Below, piece by piece: positions 26,201 to 38,605 of a stretch of 64,000 bases of DNA; within the stretch, counting starts at the first letter, position 1, and every line of letters begins with the position of its first letter. Source of the DNA: Balanoglossus misakiensis (lineage: Eukaryota > Animalia > Hemichordata); NCBI GenBank assembly GCA_040954595.2, contig CM082598.2, positions 3,045,154 through 3,109,153 of the forward strand. Direction: 5' to 3'. The position numbers and the translations under genes are program-made. The notes under the pieces are model-generated. The model was not told where the DNA came from. It did no database searches and saw only the letters and a program-made list of their open reading frames with translations.

Positions 26201-29200
26201 TTCTCTACTTTTCTCTCTGAAAGAAGAGGTTGGAACCTTGGCAAGGACTCTGAAGTTGTTCGAAGTGAGTATGCGATTTATTTTCCAAATGAGGTATTCA
26301 TATGACCTGAACTGACATTAATTTCATCTAACCCGAAATATGACCTGTGACGTTATGGATCATCTGATTTGAGTTGATATAAAACTGTGGTCTGATTTGC
26401 TTGGTATAGCTATACTATAGACCAGACAGTATAACATTTTAAATTCTTAAAACATTGCACATCACTTATATACAGTTTTGTAATAATTTTGTCTGAAACT
26501 TGTCTCTGACCATCTGATATACATTTCAGGATAACGGAGTGAATCTGTGCCACATTGAATCCAGACCCTCCAAGAAGAACAAATCGGAGTACGAATTCCT
26601 GGTCAGTTGCCGTAGCAACGATGGAAAACTGCAGGCCGTCATTGAAAAGCTGAGCGAGAAGGCGGAGCGCGTTCATATTTTGAGCGATGACTCTGGCGAA
26701 GGCTCAGGTGAGAGAAATGTTCTCGGTTTTCCAGGAGAAGTTACATTTTTCAAAGACACGTTGTGATATTTCTGAAAGCAGTGAAAAAAACAAGAATTGT
26801 TGGCTTCTTCAAAGTTTTAAGCGTTAAGCCTGTACTTGTGAGTTTGCTAGTATGTCAAAAAGATATATCTAGTGATCGAGCAATTCAGATACATATAAAC
26901 ATCATCAATTTTAATAAATTAACGAAGCTCATTAGTACATTTGCGTAACGAGTACTAACTCTAATCTACCTCAAATCTTTTGCATGAGATTAAAAAAAAT
27001 TAGTGATTTTCTTTACTTTCAAGACAATAAAATGACTGAGATCCATGCTTTGTCGTACAGAAATATCAGCTGTACTAGCTCTGTTGAGTTTCATTCCATT
27101 TCGGAATATGAAAATGAGAATGAATTCAATTATTTCCCAGCTGTTCTGATATTCAGCATTGTCTCTGTAGTAGTATAGTCCTCTGTGAACAGATTCCTGG
27201 TTCTTTTTGTATGCTTAGAGTTTGTTTCCCAAGATGCTTGCTATTCCCCCTGCCAAAACTAGACTCATTTCTTGCCTAATGGGGCGCTGTGCTATACTAA
27301 TATCCCAAAGGAATAAGTACCAGCCACCATGTACAAGTCTGGTATCTGCCCTGGTGACATCATAGCATTTGCAAAGACCTCCTATGATATCACCATGGAG
27401 ACTTAATAACAGACAGGTCCAGACAGGTGGTGAACACCCATCAGTTTTGGAATATGCAACAGCGCCCCCATCAGGCAAAGAGCAGTTTTTTTATATTTTG
27501 CCAAATATTAACTTTCTCAATCCTCTTAATCTTTCCATACCATATGACTTCATTGCAATGCCTCCCTCCACTCTGTGATGTACCCACCAATGTTTGTATG
27601 ACTGACATCACTGGTGAAATATATGCATGTTGCCTGGCATCTCGCCATATACGTTGATCCTCTACAGGCAGTAAGTTATGTTGTTTCAAGTTTTGTGGTG
27701 TAATGTCCTACATGTATGTCTTGTGTTGTGTTGTTGAACTATAATATAATTGTTCCTGTGTATGTTTTGCACATTGAATGTTTTTCACATTTAATTTTTA
27801 AATTAAATGTTTTTAGCAGGTGTTTGTTGTTTAATTAATATTTGTTTATAGTTCATAAATATGTTTGTGATTTTGTCTGTATGTGTGATGGGTATGTGCA
27901 AATTTTGTATTTTTTTAAAAGTACTTGTTTTGTGATATAATTGTTTTTTTTTTTGTCTGAAACCTGGGTTAATATGGTTTCAACATACTTTTGGGAGATA
28001 ATAAAAAAATCTTGTTGATACACCAGAGAAAAGTTATGAAAACAAATACAAAAACTTGTATACTATTCCATTAATATCTTTATTAATTAACCCTTCTTGT
28101 AACATTGGAATCACCATGGTTCATTATAATTCATCACTGTTTTGTTCAAGCTCATTGTTTTCAGTGGTATGGTTTGACCTATATCCAGAGTCTATGGGAA
28201 TGAATGTATATGAGAAACAGCTCACTTGAAAGGGAGTTTCTGCTTTAACCTTGTATAGATTTGTAAAATATATTGTACCTCGAAACCCTTCTATGAAAAA
28301 TCGGACAGCATGTATCACCTTGGTAGGTTAGAGCGCCCCCTTGAGTTCACAAAGAATTTCTGATTTTAAACTCTCTCAAGTGGATTGCTGTTAAATATTT
28401 ACCACAATATGTAACTTTATTGGGGAAGGTTTGAAAAAAAAAATATTGTGCCATGCATTTCATATGGAGCAAAGTTTAAATGTTTTGTGCAGTGATTTTC
28501 ATGCAGATCTTATTAGGAGACATCTTTCCTATTTCTCTGTATATAGGTTCAACCATACCACTAAAAGCAATGGATTGTACCATGTAGACTTCATGTTATT
28601 TTTGTGTGTGAAAAGCTTTGGTTTGTTGGGGATGATTGAAAGAAAGAGAGAAACGACAAGCCAATTTGTCAAATTCACTTTTGTCTATCAGTTCCATGGT
28701 TTCCTCGGAAGATAGTGGACTTGGACAAGTTTTCCAACAGGATTTTGGGATACGGAGCGGAGCTGGATTCAGATCACCCTGTAAGTTGACTTCTAATGAA
28801 ACCTGTCTTAAAGGGACAAAGTCTCATTCTCGCTGCCCCTTTTCCATTAATTATGTTTGATACAAGATCACACACAAGTTCCATCCCAATTGTGGGCACG
28901 AGAGTGAAAAACTTGTATAGAACGTATTATAACTTACCATTATCATGAGTTATGCTTGTCTTCTTCGAGATAAGTTAGAAATTAATTTTTTTTATAATTT
29001 CGGCATGCTTTGACCACATGTTGTAAATGCTGTCATTTTTATTTTGCAGGGTTTTACTGATGCTGTGTACAGAGCACGTCGTAAGGAATTTGCTGACATT
29101 GCATTCAACTACAAACAGTGAGTCGCTTTTCAAGGATTATTATAGTCATGTGTCTAAATCATAATCCATGAACGAAAGATTGTGGGTTCCAGAAAATCTC

Positions 29201-31827
29201 AAATTTCCATGGTAGTTGTGGCTAAGGTGGTGATATACCTTTAATATTTACTTCTGAACAGTTTACAAAATCACGCCAACTATTTGGACGGTGGATTGAC
29301 ACAAAAATTGAATTGTTCGAATCTTTTTTCTTCCAGTGGTGAACCACTTCCCAAAGTGACATACACAGAAGACGAAATCAAGACTTGGGGAACAATCTTC
29401 AAGAAACTCTCCACCCTGTACCCAACTCATGCTTGCCGAGAATACAACCATGTCTTCCCGTTGCTGGTTGAAAACTGTGGCTTCAAAGAGGACAACATAC
29501 CCCAGTTGGAAATTGTTTCCAAGTTCCTAAAAGGTATATATGCATGTTTAGTCATGCCACAACCTGCAGCTTCCAAATTAATGAAAACAAACCAATTTTC
29601 TCCACAGTGTGTGAAATTAATAACCAACAGTTCCCAATCTAAACTCAGTGTTTCACAGTTACTGAACTATATCATTTACTCTTCGTAGACTGCACAGGAT
29701 TTACTCTTCGACCGGTGGCAGGCCTATTGTCATCTCGTGACTTTCTGGCTGGGCTGGCATTCCGAGTATTCCACTCAACACAATATATCCGACACTCGTC
29801 TGATCCCATGTACACACCAGAGCCGTAAGTTGATATTTATGTATCCATAGTAACAGGTAGTCCTGGTTACTCGCTGTCTTCAAGTTTTTGGCTGCTCAGT
29901 GTCTATGTAAATAGAAGAGTAGAATTTCACATAACGTGGAAGACTTTGTTTTCACTGTGGTGACTTCTGATTTCTTAGTTCGACTAAATGTTTAAGTTAT
30001 GCTCTGTTTTTATAAAATCCATTATTTCGCTATTCCAGTGATGTTTGCCATGAACTGTTGGGACATGTTCCGTTATTTGCTGATCCGGCATTTGCCCAGT
30101 TTTCCCAAGAGATTGGTCTGGCATCGCTCGGCGCTCCGGATGAATGGATTGAGAAGCTTGCAACAGTAAGTCTTTTGGGACATAATGTTTGAAGTAAACT
30201 GCACAAAGATGACCCAAATTGTTTTATAGCTGGTGTTGAATTTCCCTTTACCTAAAGATGACCTATAAAAAATTCAATAGGCTGACCTATAGGTTACTAT
30301 TGGTTTCAATAGTCAATTGGAATGCTTTCTACAGGATTCTATAGGTGAACCTATTGAATTTCTGTAAGAGCTAGGACCTGTATGTGATTGTATGTGTAGT
30401 TGACATATAGGTGTCTACAGAAAAATTTTGTAAGGGTTTGCAAAATCACAACACCAGCATTGCCAGTATTGGTATATGCCAAGATTATCCATATCTATAA
30501 GGTAGCAAATTTTTTTTTTTTTACTAGTGATTACCACAGTTCTGAATTTCCAATATTTGCAGTTACATAGACTTCCTTTTTTTGTTTCAGCTGTATTGGT
30601 TTACGGTAGAATTTGGTATGTGCAAACAGGATGGTAAACCCAAAGCTTATGGGGCAGGTCTGTTGTCGTCATTTGGTGAACTGCAGGTGAGACCCATTAT
30701 GTCATACAATTGGGTAATTTTTAGTCAGTTACAATCTGATATGATATGCAGGATCAACAAACTCATTGGTAACTCAAGAAAACTATTCACAATTACATGT
30801 AAAGGTATTGGGCTGACTCGGAGAAATTTCTAGACGTCGTCAAATTGTCTTAAATTATGTTTGTTAGAGGGCACACTGATCATCTGTGTTCACAATATGG
30901 CAAATAGTGTCTCAGAAATGTTTCCAGGTTTCCCCAGTTAGAACATGCACTAGATCAACTGTTGGAAGCACCCTTTAAGACATCCACTGTTGTCTTTTCA
31001 TAGTATTGTGTATCAGACAAACCAGAGAGGAGGCCATTTGATCCTGCAAAGGCAGCTGTACAACCCTACCCTATCACACAGATGCAGCCCGTGTATTTCA
31101 TATCAGACAGCTTCGAAGAAGCCAAAGAGAAAGTAGCGTGAGTACAGTAAAACCTTGCAAAATGATTTGGTAATTAAAGCCCCAGTACCAGCCACTTTTA
31201 CCATTTTTGTCAATATTTGTAGGAACTTTTTTTTCGTTTTCACACATTATTTTACAATTGATTCTAGACCAAATGGACGTAACTATCCATTGCCTGCATA
31301 TCTTGATCTAAATTTAGGGGGACAAATTCTAAAAGTTATGGGGTTAATTTTGTGAAAAATTACGTCAAATTGAAAGGGTTAAATGATAATTATTGTTGTT
31401 TCTTACAGTGCATATGCAGCCCAGATTCCAAGACCGTTCTCAGTCCATTACAATGCCTATACACAGACTGTTGAGGTTCTTGAAAATAAATACCAAATCA
31501 AGAATTTGGCCAATGCAATAAAAGGTAACAAAAATTCGATTTATGCAGATTTATTTATGTAAAATCATCTTTATTTCAGAAATTGATGATGTTCATTATA
31601 TACATACTTCATGAAATCTATAATAATAATGCTTATATCAAATTTATGAAATACTCGATTTGTACAAGTGGAAGGTACAGGTAATTTAAATTTGGTTAGC
31701 CAATATGTGAAAATGTTGCAAAGTGGAGCTTAATTGAAGAAATAACTTGACAATTTGTTTGTATTTTTCTTTTTACCTAACAGGAGAGCTGACAACTCTG
31801 ATTGATTCACTCAACAAATGCAAGTAA
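17052..31827 (+). CDS. PAH: Phenylalanine-4-hydroxylase (~447 aa, 12 coding exons)
   Basis: Exons 17052-17102 (inferred first exon, [17 protein letters not shown]), 26157-26264, 26530-26707, 28692-28780, 29050-29117, 29337-29533, 29689-29824, 30039-30165, 30591-30686, 31004-31137, 31409-31524, 31784-31827. Motifs: [113 protein letters not shown]. These residues are PAH-type rather than TH- or TPH-type. Confidence 0.95.
21141..21378 (+). mobile_element. Dispersed TTAA-AGGGACA repeat (Kolobok/T2-MITE-like), copy 2, in PAH intron 1
   Basis: Same family as 15309-15528. Shorter copies at ~28808-28912, ~43372-43393 and ~34147-34167. An AGGRR end next to TTAA is the T2/Kolobok signature. Confidence 0.7.
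22088..22225. mobile_element. Short MITE with Tc1/mariner-pogo-like ends in PAH intron 1
   Basis: TAGTCAAACCTGT..TAGTGGCCA ... TGGCCACTA.CACAGGTTTGACTA inverted termini. Confidence 0.55.
23228..23292. repeat. (CAT)n microsatellite
   Basis: Read directly. Confidence 0.95.
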
Positions 31828-32183
31828 TGGACACAAAGGAAAACTCTTGTTGGCAGTAGTTTCATCTAGCCATCTTCTCGACCAAAAGGCAGAAAGTGAC
31901 ACATTTACAAAAACAATGATTAATTGGACATTTTGATAAATACAGCAATCAGCACGCAGGCATAGTACAGTTTGGAGACTTTTGGGGTACATAAACTGTG
32001 ACGTTTGCTGTTTTTGAATTTGTTTTGTTTTGTGTGTCAACTTTGCTATTGTTAATTCTTGTCCATGCTTGAATTCATTTTACGATAATAACAATGCTAT
32101 TGTCTATGCTGATTGTACACATATGGGCAAAAATTGAAGATATGAGTTGGAGAAATCCTCTGTTTCCAAAACATCTATACATG

Positions 32184-32308
32184 TACATACATGCATACAT
32201 ACATACATACATACATACATACATACATACATACATACATACATACATACATACATACATACATACATACATACATACATACATACATACATACATACAT
32301 ACATACAT
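32184..32308. repeat. (ATAC)n microsatellite downstream of the PAH stop
   Basis: Read directly. Confidence 0.95.
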
Positions 32309-33480
32309 GTATTTGTAGAATTTTAAACAACAGATCTATTAATTTCTCGTTTCTAAAGAATGTTTCGAGCCAAGAATGTATATATTCATCATTTAATCAT
32401 TGAATGCCGCAAAATTAAAAAAAAATGCATGTACACACCGTGCATTAAAAAATTGATCCAAAGATGTATTTTTGTAGAAATTCAAAAGCTGTGCAACAGA
32501 GCATTGTTCAAAAACCTGCAGTTGGACTTAAACAATTGACATTGACGTCATTAATTTAAAACTATCATGTACATCATTGATACTAGAGATTTTTGCTTTA
32601 GGAGTTCCTTGGATAATGTTATTTTCATTTCTTATATCTTCGTGTAAGCAAAGTACATGTATATTATCACTGTAGATTAGTGTAGTTTAGTGTTTTTTTC
32701 TAAAAAACCTTATAGGATTATTAAAAGGGACAGTAATGATACTTAACCTAAAGGTATATTTGGTATTGAAAAGGTCATAAACTCAACTCTTATTAAATCT
32801 ATTTGTCTAGTAGAAATACCAGTAGTTTGACTTACACATTTTACGGACTTTATTAAACAATAATAACGATACGATAGAGCTGGACAATATGTTAGGTGGT
32901 GACAAGATTGATGGTTTAAACGTCAGTCTACAATTCATAACCTGAAAATTACATCAGTTTTTTTCGACCGCCGCCACCAAATGTTTTTGTTTGGCAGTAA
33001 AGACAAAATTTACTCAACATGTTTTTAAAAGTCATGCCTTTTAGGGTATTCGTACACATTCCATGTTTTTAGCATTTTTCTTGAAATTCTTATTCAAATA
33101 TTTTTTTCCTACTGGGTAATCACTTTCATTATTCCAGTAAATATTATATATAGTATATTCAAGGCACTTTCCAAGTATTTGTTGTTAGTGTCATTATCTG
33201 TTGAATTAGTTAGATTTCTTTTTCATATTTTACACCATTTTACATTTGGTTTTGTTCTGGGTGCTTGCTGTGAAAAGATTTCCATCAGAATAATGGCTGA
33301 AACAAATGTCAATTTAATATAAATGATTAACTCGAAAATAAATTTGGTACGTTCAATGGCTGATTACAATATCTAGTTATATGTAACTGGCAAAGAAAAT
33401 TGTCTTTGTTCTGTAAACACATTATGTCAATCGATAGCACACTGTTGGTTAGGACCCTAAATGGGTGTCGGTTTACTTAT

Positions 33481-33664
33481 TACTGTAAAACACTTTATTT
33501 TTGCGAGTTAAATTTTTCGCGATATCGAGAGAGCGTTCTCTTATTTCATTCACTGCAACGTTATCTTCAAAAACAATTTACGCGACTTTTTATTTTCACG
33601 CTATTTTGGCTCTCGCGTATTTGGCGAAAATTAATTGCTCGCGAAAATAAAGTGTTTTACAGTA
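33481..33664. mobile_element. Palindromic MITE with TACTGTAAAA termini
   Basis: TACTGTAAAACACTTTATTTT.GCGAG ... CTCGCGAAAATAAAGTGTTTTACAGTA, about 27-bp terminal inverted repeats bounded by TA. Confidence 0.7.
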
Positions 33665-34516
33665 TTTCCTTATACATCTAAACACAAACCTACAGCCACA
33701 AGTCACTCTGCCCTAGTTGTTGTGTCACGTACCAGACTTGCATGCAAAGTGGGCATGTCTATTAATACTCTGGCGACTGATTTATTGTTTTGTTATCAGA
33801 CTGTTTGCAATGTTGGGCCTGCTGGTGTTGATGCAATACGAAGGCGACCCATTTTGGTTCATACACACCAGACTTTTACTTCATCAGAAACTTATGTTAT
33901 ACCAAAAACCATCACCTTCTGAGTTGAAAACACCGCAAAATGTCCCACAGAAACCTGACTGGGGTCACGTCCGCAAAAGTGTGTCAAATGTCAGTTGACT
34001 TTTGAAACCAGTAACCAAGCCCTGCGTACTATACAGTTCTGTGAACTTGTCAACACTGGGGTCACACAGACCTATATGTCCATACCGGGAAGTCTGGTAT
34101 CCAGACCCCAGTGTGTTTTACATAGACTCACAGACAGGTGTGTGTGGCTCTCTCGCTGCCCCTTTTACAATCATTGCAGCGAAGTACAGGTCTGTGTGGT
34201 GGAGGCCGTGTAACGCCGGGAACACACAGACTAGACCTGTGCTAGAGCTAGCACCAACCCAGCTTTTTGAAAGATCTGAGGCGAGGCAGAGTCAAAGGAT
34301 CAAGTCCATCGTTAGATTAACTATTTCGAACATTTCAGGTAAGCTTACGTTGCCGTTACCCTAATGTACTGGCATATCACATGGCAATCATTTCGCACTG
34401 CTGGCATCATGGAAAAATAAGACCAATTGAGTGTTTATTACTATGGGGTGAGAACACCGCCAAAAATAGCTTATGTCTTTATTTGGTAGTTTTCTCATCA
34501 TTATTATGTTATTATG

Positions 34517-34967
34517 TCATTATTTGGCCATTACCTTGGCCATTATTTGGTTCGCTCGACATTACCTCGACATTACCTCGGTCATTATTTGGTTCGCTCG
34601 ACATTACCTCAACATTACCTCGGTCATTATTTGGTTCGCTCGACATTACCTCGACCATTACCTCGGCCATTATTTGGTTCGCTCGACATTACCTCGACCA
34701 TTACCTCGGCCATTATTTGGTTCGCTCGACATTACCTCGACATTACCTCGGTCATTATTTGGTTCGCTCGACATTACCTCGACCATTACCTCGGTCATTA
34801 TTTGGTTCGCTCGACATTACCTCGATATTACCTCGGTCATTATTTGGTTCGCTCGACATTACCTCGACCATTACCTCGGCCATTATTTGGTTCGCTCGAC
34901 ATTACCTCGACCATTATTTGGTTCGCTCGACATTACCTCGACCATTATTTGGTTCGCTCGACATTAT
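34517..34967 (+). repeat. Modular tandem array in the left arm (19-bp CATTATTTGGTTCGCTCGA units interleaved with 11-12-bp CATTACCTCG[A/G] units)
   Basis: About 11 copies of the 19-mer, read directly from the sequence. Mirrored at 36783-37233. Confidence 0.95.
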
Positions 34968-35546
34968 CTGACCTGCTTTATTATTTGAACTCTTGCTCGG
35001 TACCCAGAATTCATTGCACAAAATGGCGACGGTATGAAAGTTTCGCAGGCCGTGGCCGACGACAGTCTTGTAAACAGCACGCGTGGGTAAACAGTCAGGC
35101 CTCGAACTTAACGCCGGCCCACCGCCACCGGCCCCGGGCCGGTAAATATTTATAGTGGGCCGGTTATTTTCACATCTTGTCGGCCCAATTGGGCCGGTGA
35201 ATATACACAAATAAATCAGTAAAACATACTGCAGAATCAATATTCTATTGTAAAAGTTATTTAGAAAGAAAGATTTCAAGAAAAAAAACAAAGTTTTGTG
35301 TCTTTATATGCCGTTTTTTCTTATTTTATCGAAGATATAATCGGCCGTCAACGCGCTGGCAGGGTTACGCGATTAAAGTTCATTGATTGATATGTAAATT
35401 AGGAGAAGCCAACGTACGCGCGCGTTGGTGAACCCGACCTGACCCCTTCCACCCCATGCCCAGGCCATGCGCTCACTGCGTAAGCGTGTCTAAATATAGC
35501 TCGGATATATTTGCATAAATTACTGCTTTGTTCTTCTGAAGTCTTC

Positions 35547-35670
35547 TGTGTGTGGGGCCAAATTTTAATACTAAATTTAAACGGAGTGTCTATTGACACG
35601 CGCGTGTCAATAGACACTCCGTTTAAATTTCGGCCTTTAAATTTAGTATTAAAATTTGGCCCCACACACA
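35547..35670. repeat. 124-bp hairpin with a perfect 58-bp palindromic core (35573-35630)
   Basis: AAATTTAAACGGAGTGTCTATTGACACGC|GCGTGTCAATAGACACTCCGTTTAAATTT, extended by TGTGTGTGGGGCCAAATTTTAATACT / AGTATTAAAATTTGGCCCCACACACA after a 14-nt bulge. Confidence 0.95.
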
Positions 35671-36782
35671 TAAATGGCCCACCACAAATATATTCTGTAT
35701 TTTCCCCAGGATGACCAAATTCAGAATTTCAGTTTCAGATCTATCATTCTTAGAAAATGGTTACGGATTAGTTCAAAAACATCCTAAGACATCTCAGATT
35801 TTGTATCCCGTGTTTTACTGCTATATTGGTGATGGAATTGTTTGTGTATTATATCAAATCGCACCAGTGCAAGGTATGAGAAATGCATTTTGAAAACAAA
35901 AATCGGTTCACCAGTAGAAGTTATGAGAGAAATCTATTTTGAAAAAAAATATCAGCAGGATCAGCTGAAATGTTTTGATTTAAAAAATTTCCCTTTTCAA
36001 GTATGTAATGTCATGTGCTGACTATAGGTGTTCTGGCAAAATACATGAATTATTCACTGCTCTCTGGTCCATCTTGGATGTATTAGACTCCTGGCAGTGT
36101 CCTTGTCTTTCCTTTCCTTTCCCACTTTGATGGCACACTAAGTACAAACTTCCTTCTAAGTTTTAGTAAACCCAAACTTTAAGACTCATTTTTATTCTAT
36201 CAGGCAAACTTCAGAAGAACAAAGCAGTAATTTATGCAAATATATCCGAGCTATATTTAGACACGCTTACGCAGTGAGCGCATGGCCTGGGCATGGGGTG
36301 GAAGGGGTCAGGTCGGGTTCACCAACGCGCGCGTACGTTGGCTTCTCCTAATTTACATATCAATCAATGAACTTTAATCGTGTAACCCTGCCAGCGCGTT
36401 GACGGCCGATTATATCTTCGATAAAATAAGAAAAAACGGCATATAAAGACACAAAACTTTGTTTTTTTTCTTGAAATCTTTCTTTCTAAATAACTTTTAC
36501 AATAGAATATTGATTCTGCAGTATGTTTTACTGATTTATTTGTGTATATTCACCGGCCCAATTGGGCCGACAAGATGTGAAAATAACCGGCCCACTATAA
36601 ATATTTACCGGCCCGGGGCCGGTGGCGGTGGGCCGGCGTTAAGTTCGAGGCCTGACTGTTTACCCACGCGTGCTGTTTACAAGACTGTCGTCGGCCACGG
36701 CCTGCGAAACTTTCATACCGTCGCCATTTTGTGCAATGAATTCTGGGTACCGAGCAAGAGTTCAAATAATAAAGCAGGTCAG

Positions 36783-37233
36783 ATAATGTCGAGCGAACCA
36801 AATAATGGTCGAGGTAATGTCGAGCGAACCAAATAATGGTCGAGGTAATGTCGAGCGAACCAAATAATGGCCGAGGTAATGGTCGAGGTAATGTCGAGCG
36901 AACCAAATAATGACCGAGGTAATATCGAGGTAATGTCGAGCGAACCAAATAATGACCGAGGTAATGGTCGAGGTAATGTCGAGCGAACCAAATAATGACC
37001 GAGGTAATGTCGAGGTAATGTCGAGCGAACCAAATAATGGCCGAGGTAATGGTCGAGGTAATGTCGAGCGAACCAAATAATGGCCGAGGTAATGGTCGAG
37101 GTAATGTCGAGCGAACCAAATAATGACCGAGGTAATGTTGAGGTAATGTCGAGCGAACCAAATAATGACCGAGGTAATGTCGAGGTAATGTCGAGCGAAC
37201 CAAATAATGGCCAAGGTAATGGCCAAATAATGA
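36783..37233 (-). repeat. Mirror copy of the modular tandem array in the right arm
   Basis: Reverse complement of 34517-34967. Confidence 0.95.
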
Positions 37234-38605
37234 CATAATAACATAATAATGATGAGAAAACTACCAAATAAAGACATAAGCTATTTTTGGCGGTGTTCTC
37301 ACCCCATATATTACGGGCCCAAGTCTCCTTCGGAATTAAGGAATACATGTACATGTATGTGAAATGTGTAATTTGAATTCACATTAACTATGCACCATAC
37401 TTGAATTGTAAAATCGATCCACGCCATCCTTTTAACTAATTCACCCAATCGACCCGTTAAAATGCGGCAAAAATCGCCGACTTCCCTTTCACCGTGACGA
37501 CCACCGAGAATATTATAATCTGAAACTACCTGGAGGAAAATACGAGAGAGAAACAAATATGTAAGGTAACACGCAAGTCTAAATTGTTCTATCCGGTCCA
37601 GAAAACAAACTGAATACATGTTTGTAACTAAATTTGCATAAATGTCTAAATACCTTAAACCTAAAGTCTTTGTTATTGCGAGATCAATAAAAGTCGAGTC
37701 ATGAAGCGAAACGCAGACACAAAGGACACCTCATAAAATGTGTTAGTTTTAAAACAGCGTTGTTCGTGAACTTCGACCCTCATCAAGAAGAGAACAAATA
37801 GATCGGGAGACGTTGACCGTGAGTCCGTCAACCTCCTGCTTCTTATAAGATTTGCATTAAAGTTGCCGGAAAAACCGCTTCTACCAAATGAAATTAAACT
37901 CTGACGAATGTAACATTTTCCGCCATTATTCAAGTTTTCCATATCTGTAATTGCTATTTGTCTGTGATTATATCAATGACAATGAGCCTAGTAACCTTAT
38001 GGTCGACCTTTCTTCATGACCCTATCACGCTAGTCTCGTCACGTGTGTCCCAATTCATCGACACCCCGCCCCACTAAAGATCAAGATCTCGGTCGAGACG
38101 GAGTCGTCACAGGGTCAGTTCCATCCTTAGATTTACTATTTCGAATACTTCAGGTAAGCTTACTCTAAGAATTGATGACGGCCATTTCACACTAGCCTAG
38201 AATTGTTGAAGTGAGTTTTCATTGCGTTGTGTCTGGTGCAGGGACGGCCCTGGTGGACAGTATAGGGGTAGTCGCGACCATCAAAACCACATCTTTGGTC
38301 GCTTTTCATCCAGAGTATAGTATAAGTATAGTATACCCCCACTCCACTTCAGTCTTGCCTGCTCTTAATCGTCAGACTTCATCATTTTCAAACTAGACTT
38401 AGTCATGAATAGCATTGATTTTGGTTATGGCACCGGAATGGATCGTCTCAAATGCCACTTTCATCTATACAGCCAATTTCCGGCCTTGGTTCAGTGAACA
38501 TGGCAATGAATGGTGCGATGTTTGCTCTCTTTTATTTAATGATCAACATCTGATTGATGATGGATTTCAATGAAGGTTGTCGTACTTTGCTATAATTTTA
38601 TCTGG

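Larger units (their letters stand above)
34444..37306. mobile_element. Foldback-type non-autonomous DNA transposon with 1099-bp terminal inverted repeats
   Basis: Left arm 34444-35542 and right arm 36208-37306 are colinear reverse complements (mirrored ORFs in the ORF track; one mismatch noticed near 35369/36381). Ends are TGGGGTGAG...CTCACCCCA, flanked by TA on both sides. No transposase ORF is present. Confidence 0.9.

Noticed and set aside
27270-27480. CTCF-like GCGCCCCC motifs in inverted arrangement (similar ones at ~28332 and ~41141)
   Set aside because: Only partial motif matches, not supportable without ChIP data or PWM scoring.
17052-31827. Calling the first hydroxylase tryptophan hydroxylase
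   Set aside because: SSRDF, FHSTQY, PMYTPEPDVCH, YWFTVEF and YPIT match PAH. TPH has SPRDF, PDTCH and YFFT.
34517-34967. CRISPR-like array of regularly spaced 19-bp repeats
   Set aside because: The spacers are themselves repeated 11-12-bp modules rather than unique sequences, there are no cas genes, the context is eukaryotic, and the array is mirrored in a transposon arm.
34381-37354. 171-213-aa ORFs (ARHYLD / FGSLDIT / HYLVRSTLP repeats) on both strands
   Set aside because: These are translations of the tandem array, open in all three frames and mirrored, with no protein-like features.
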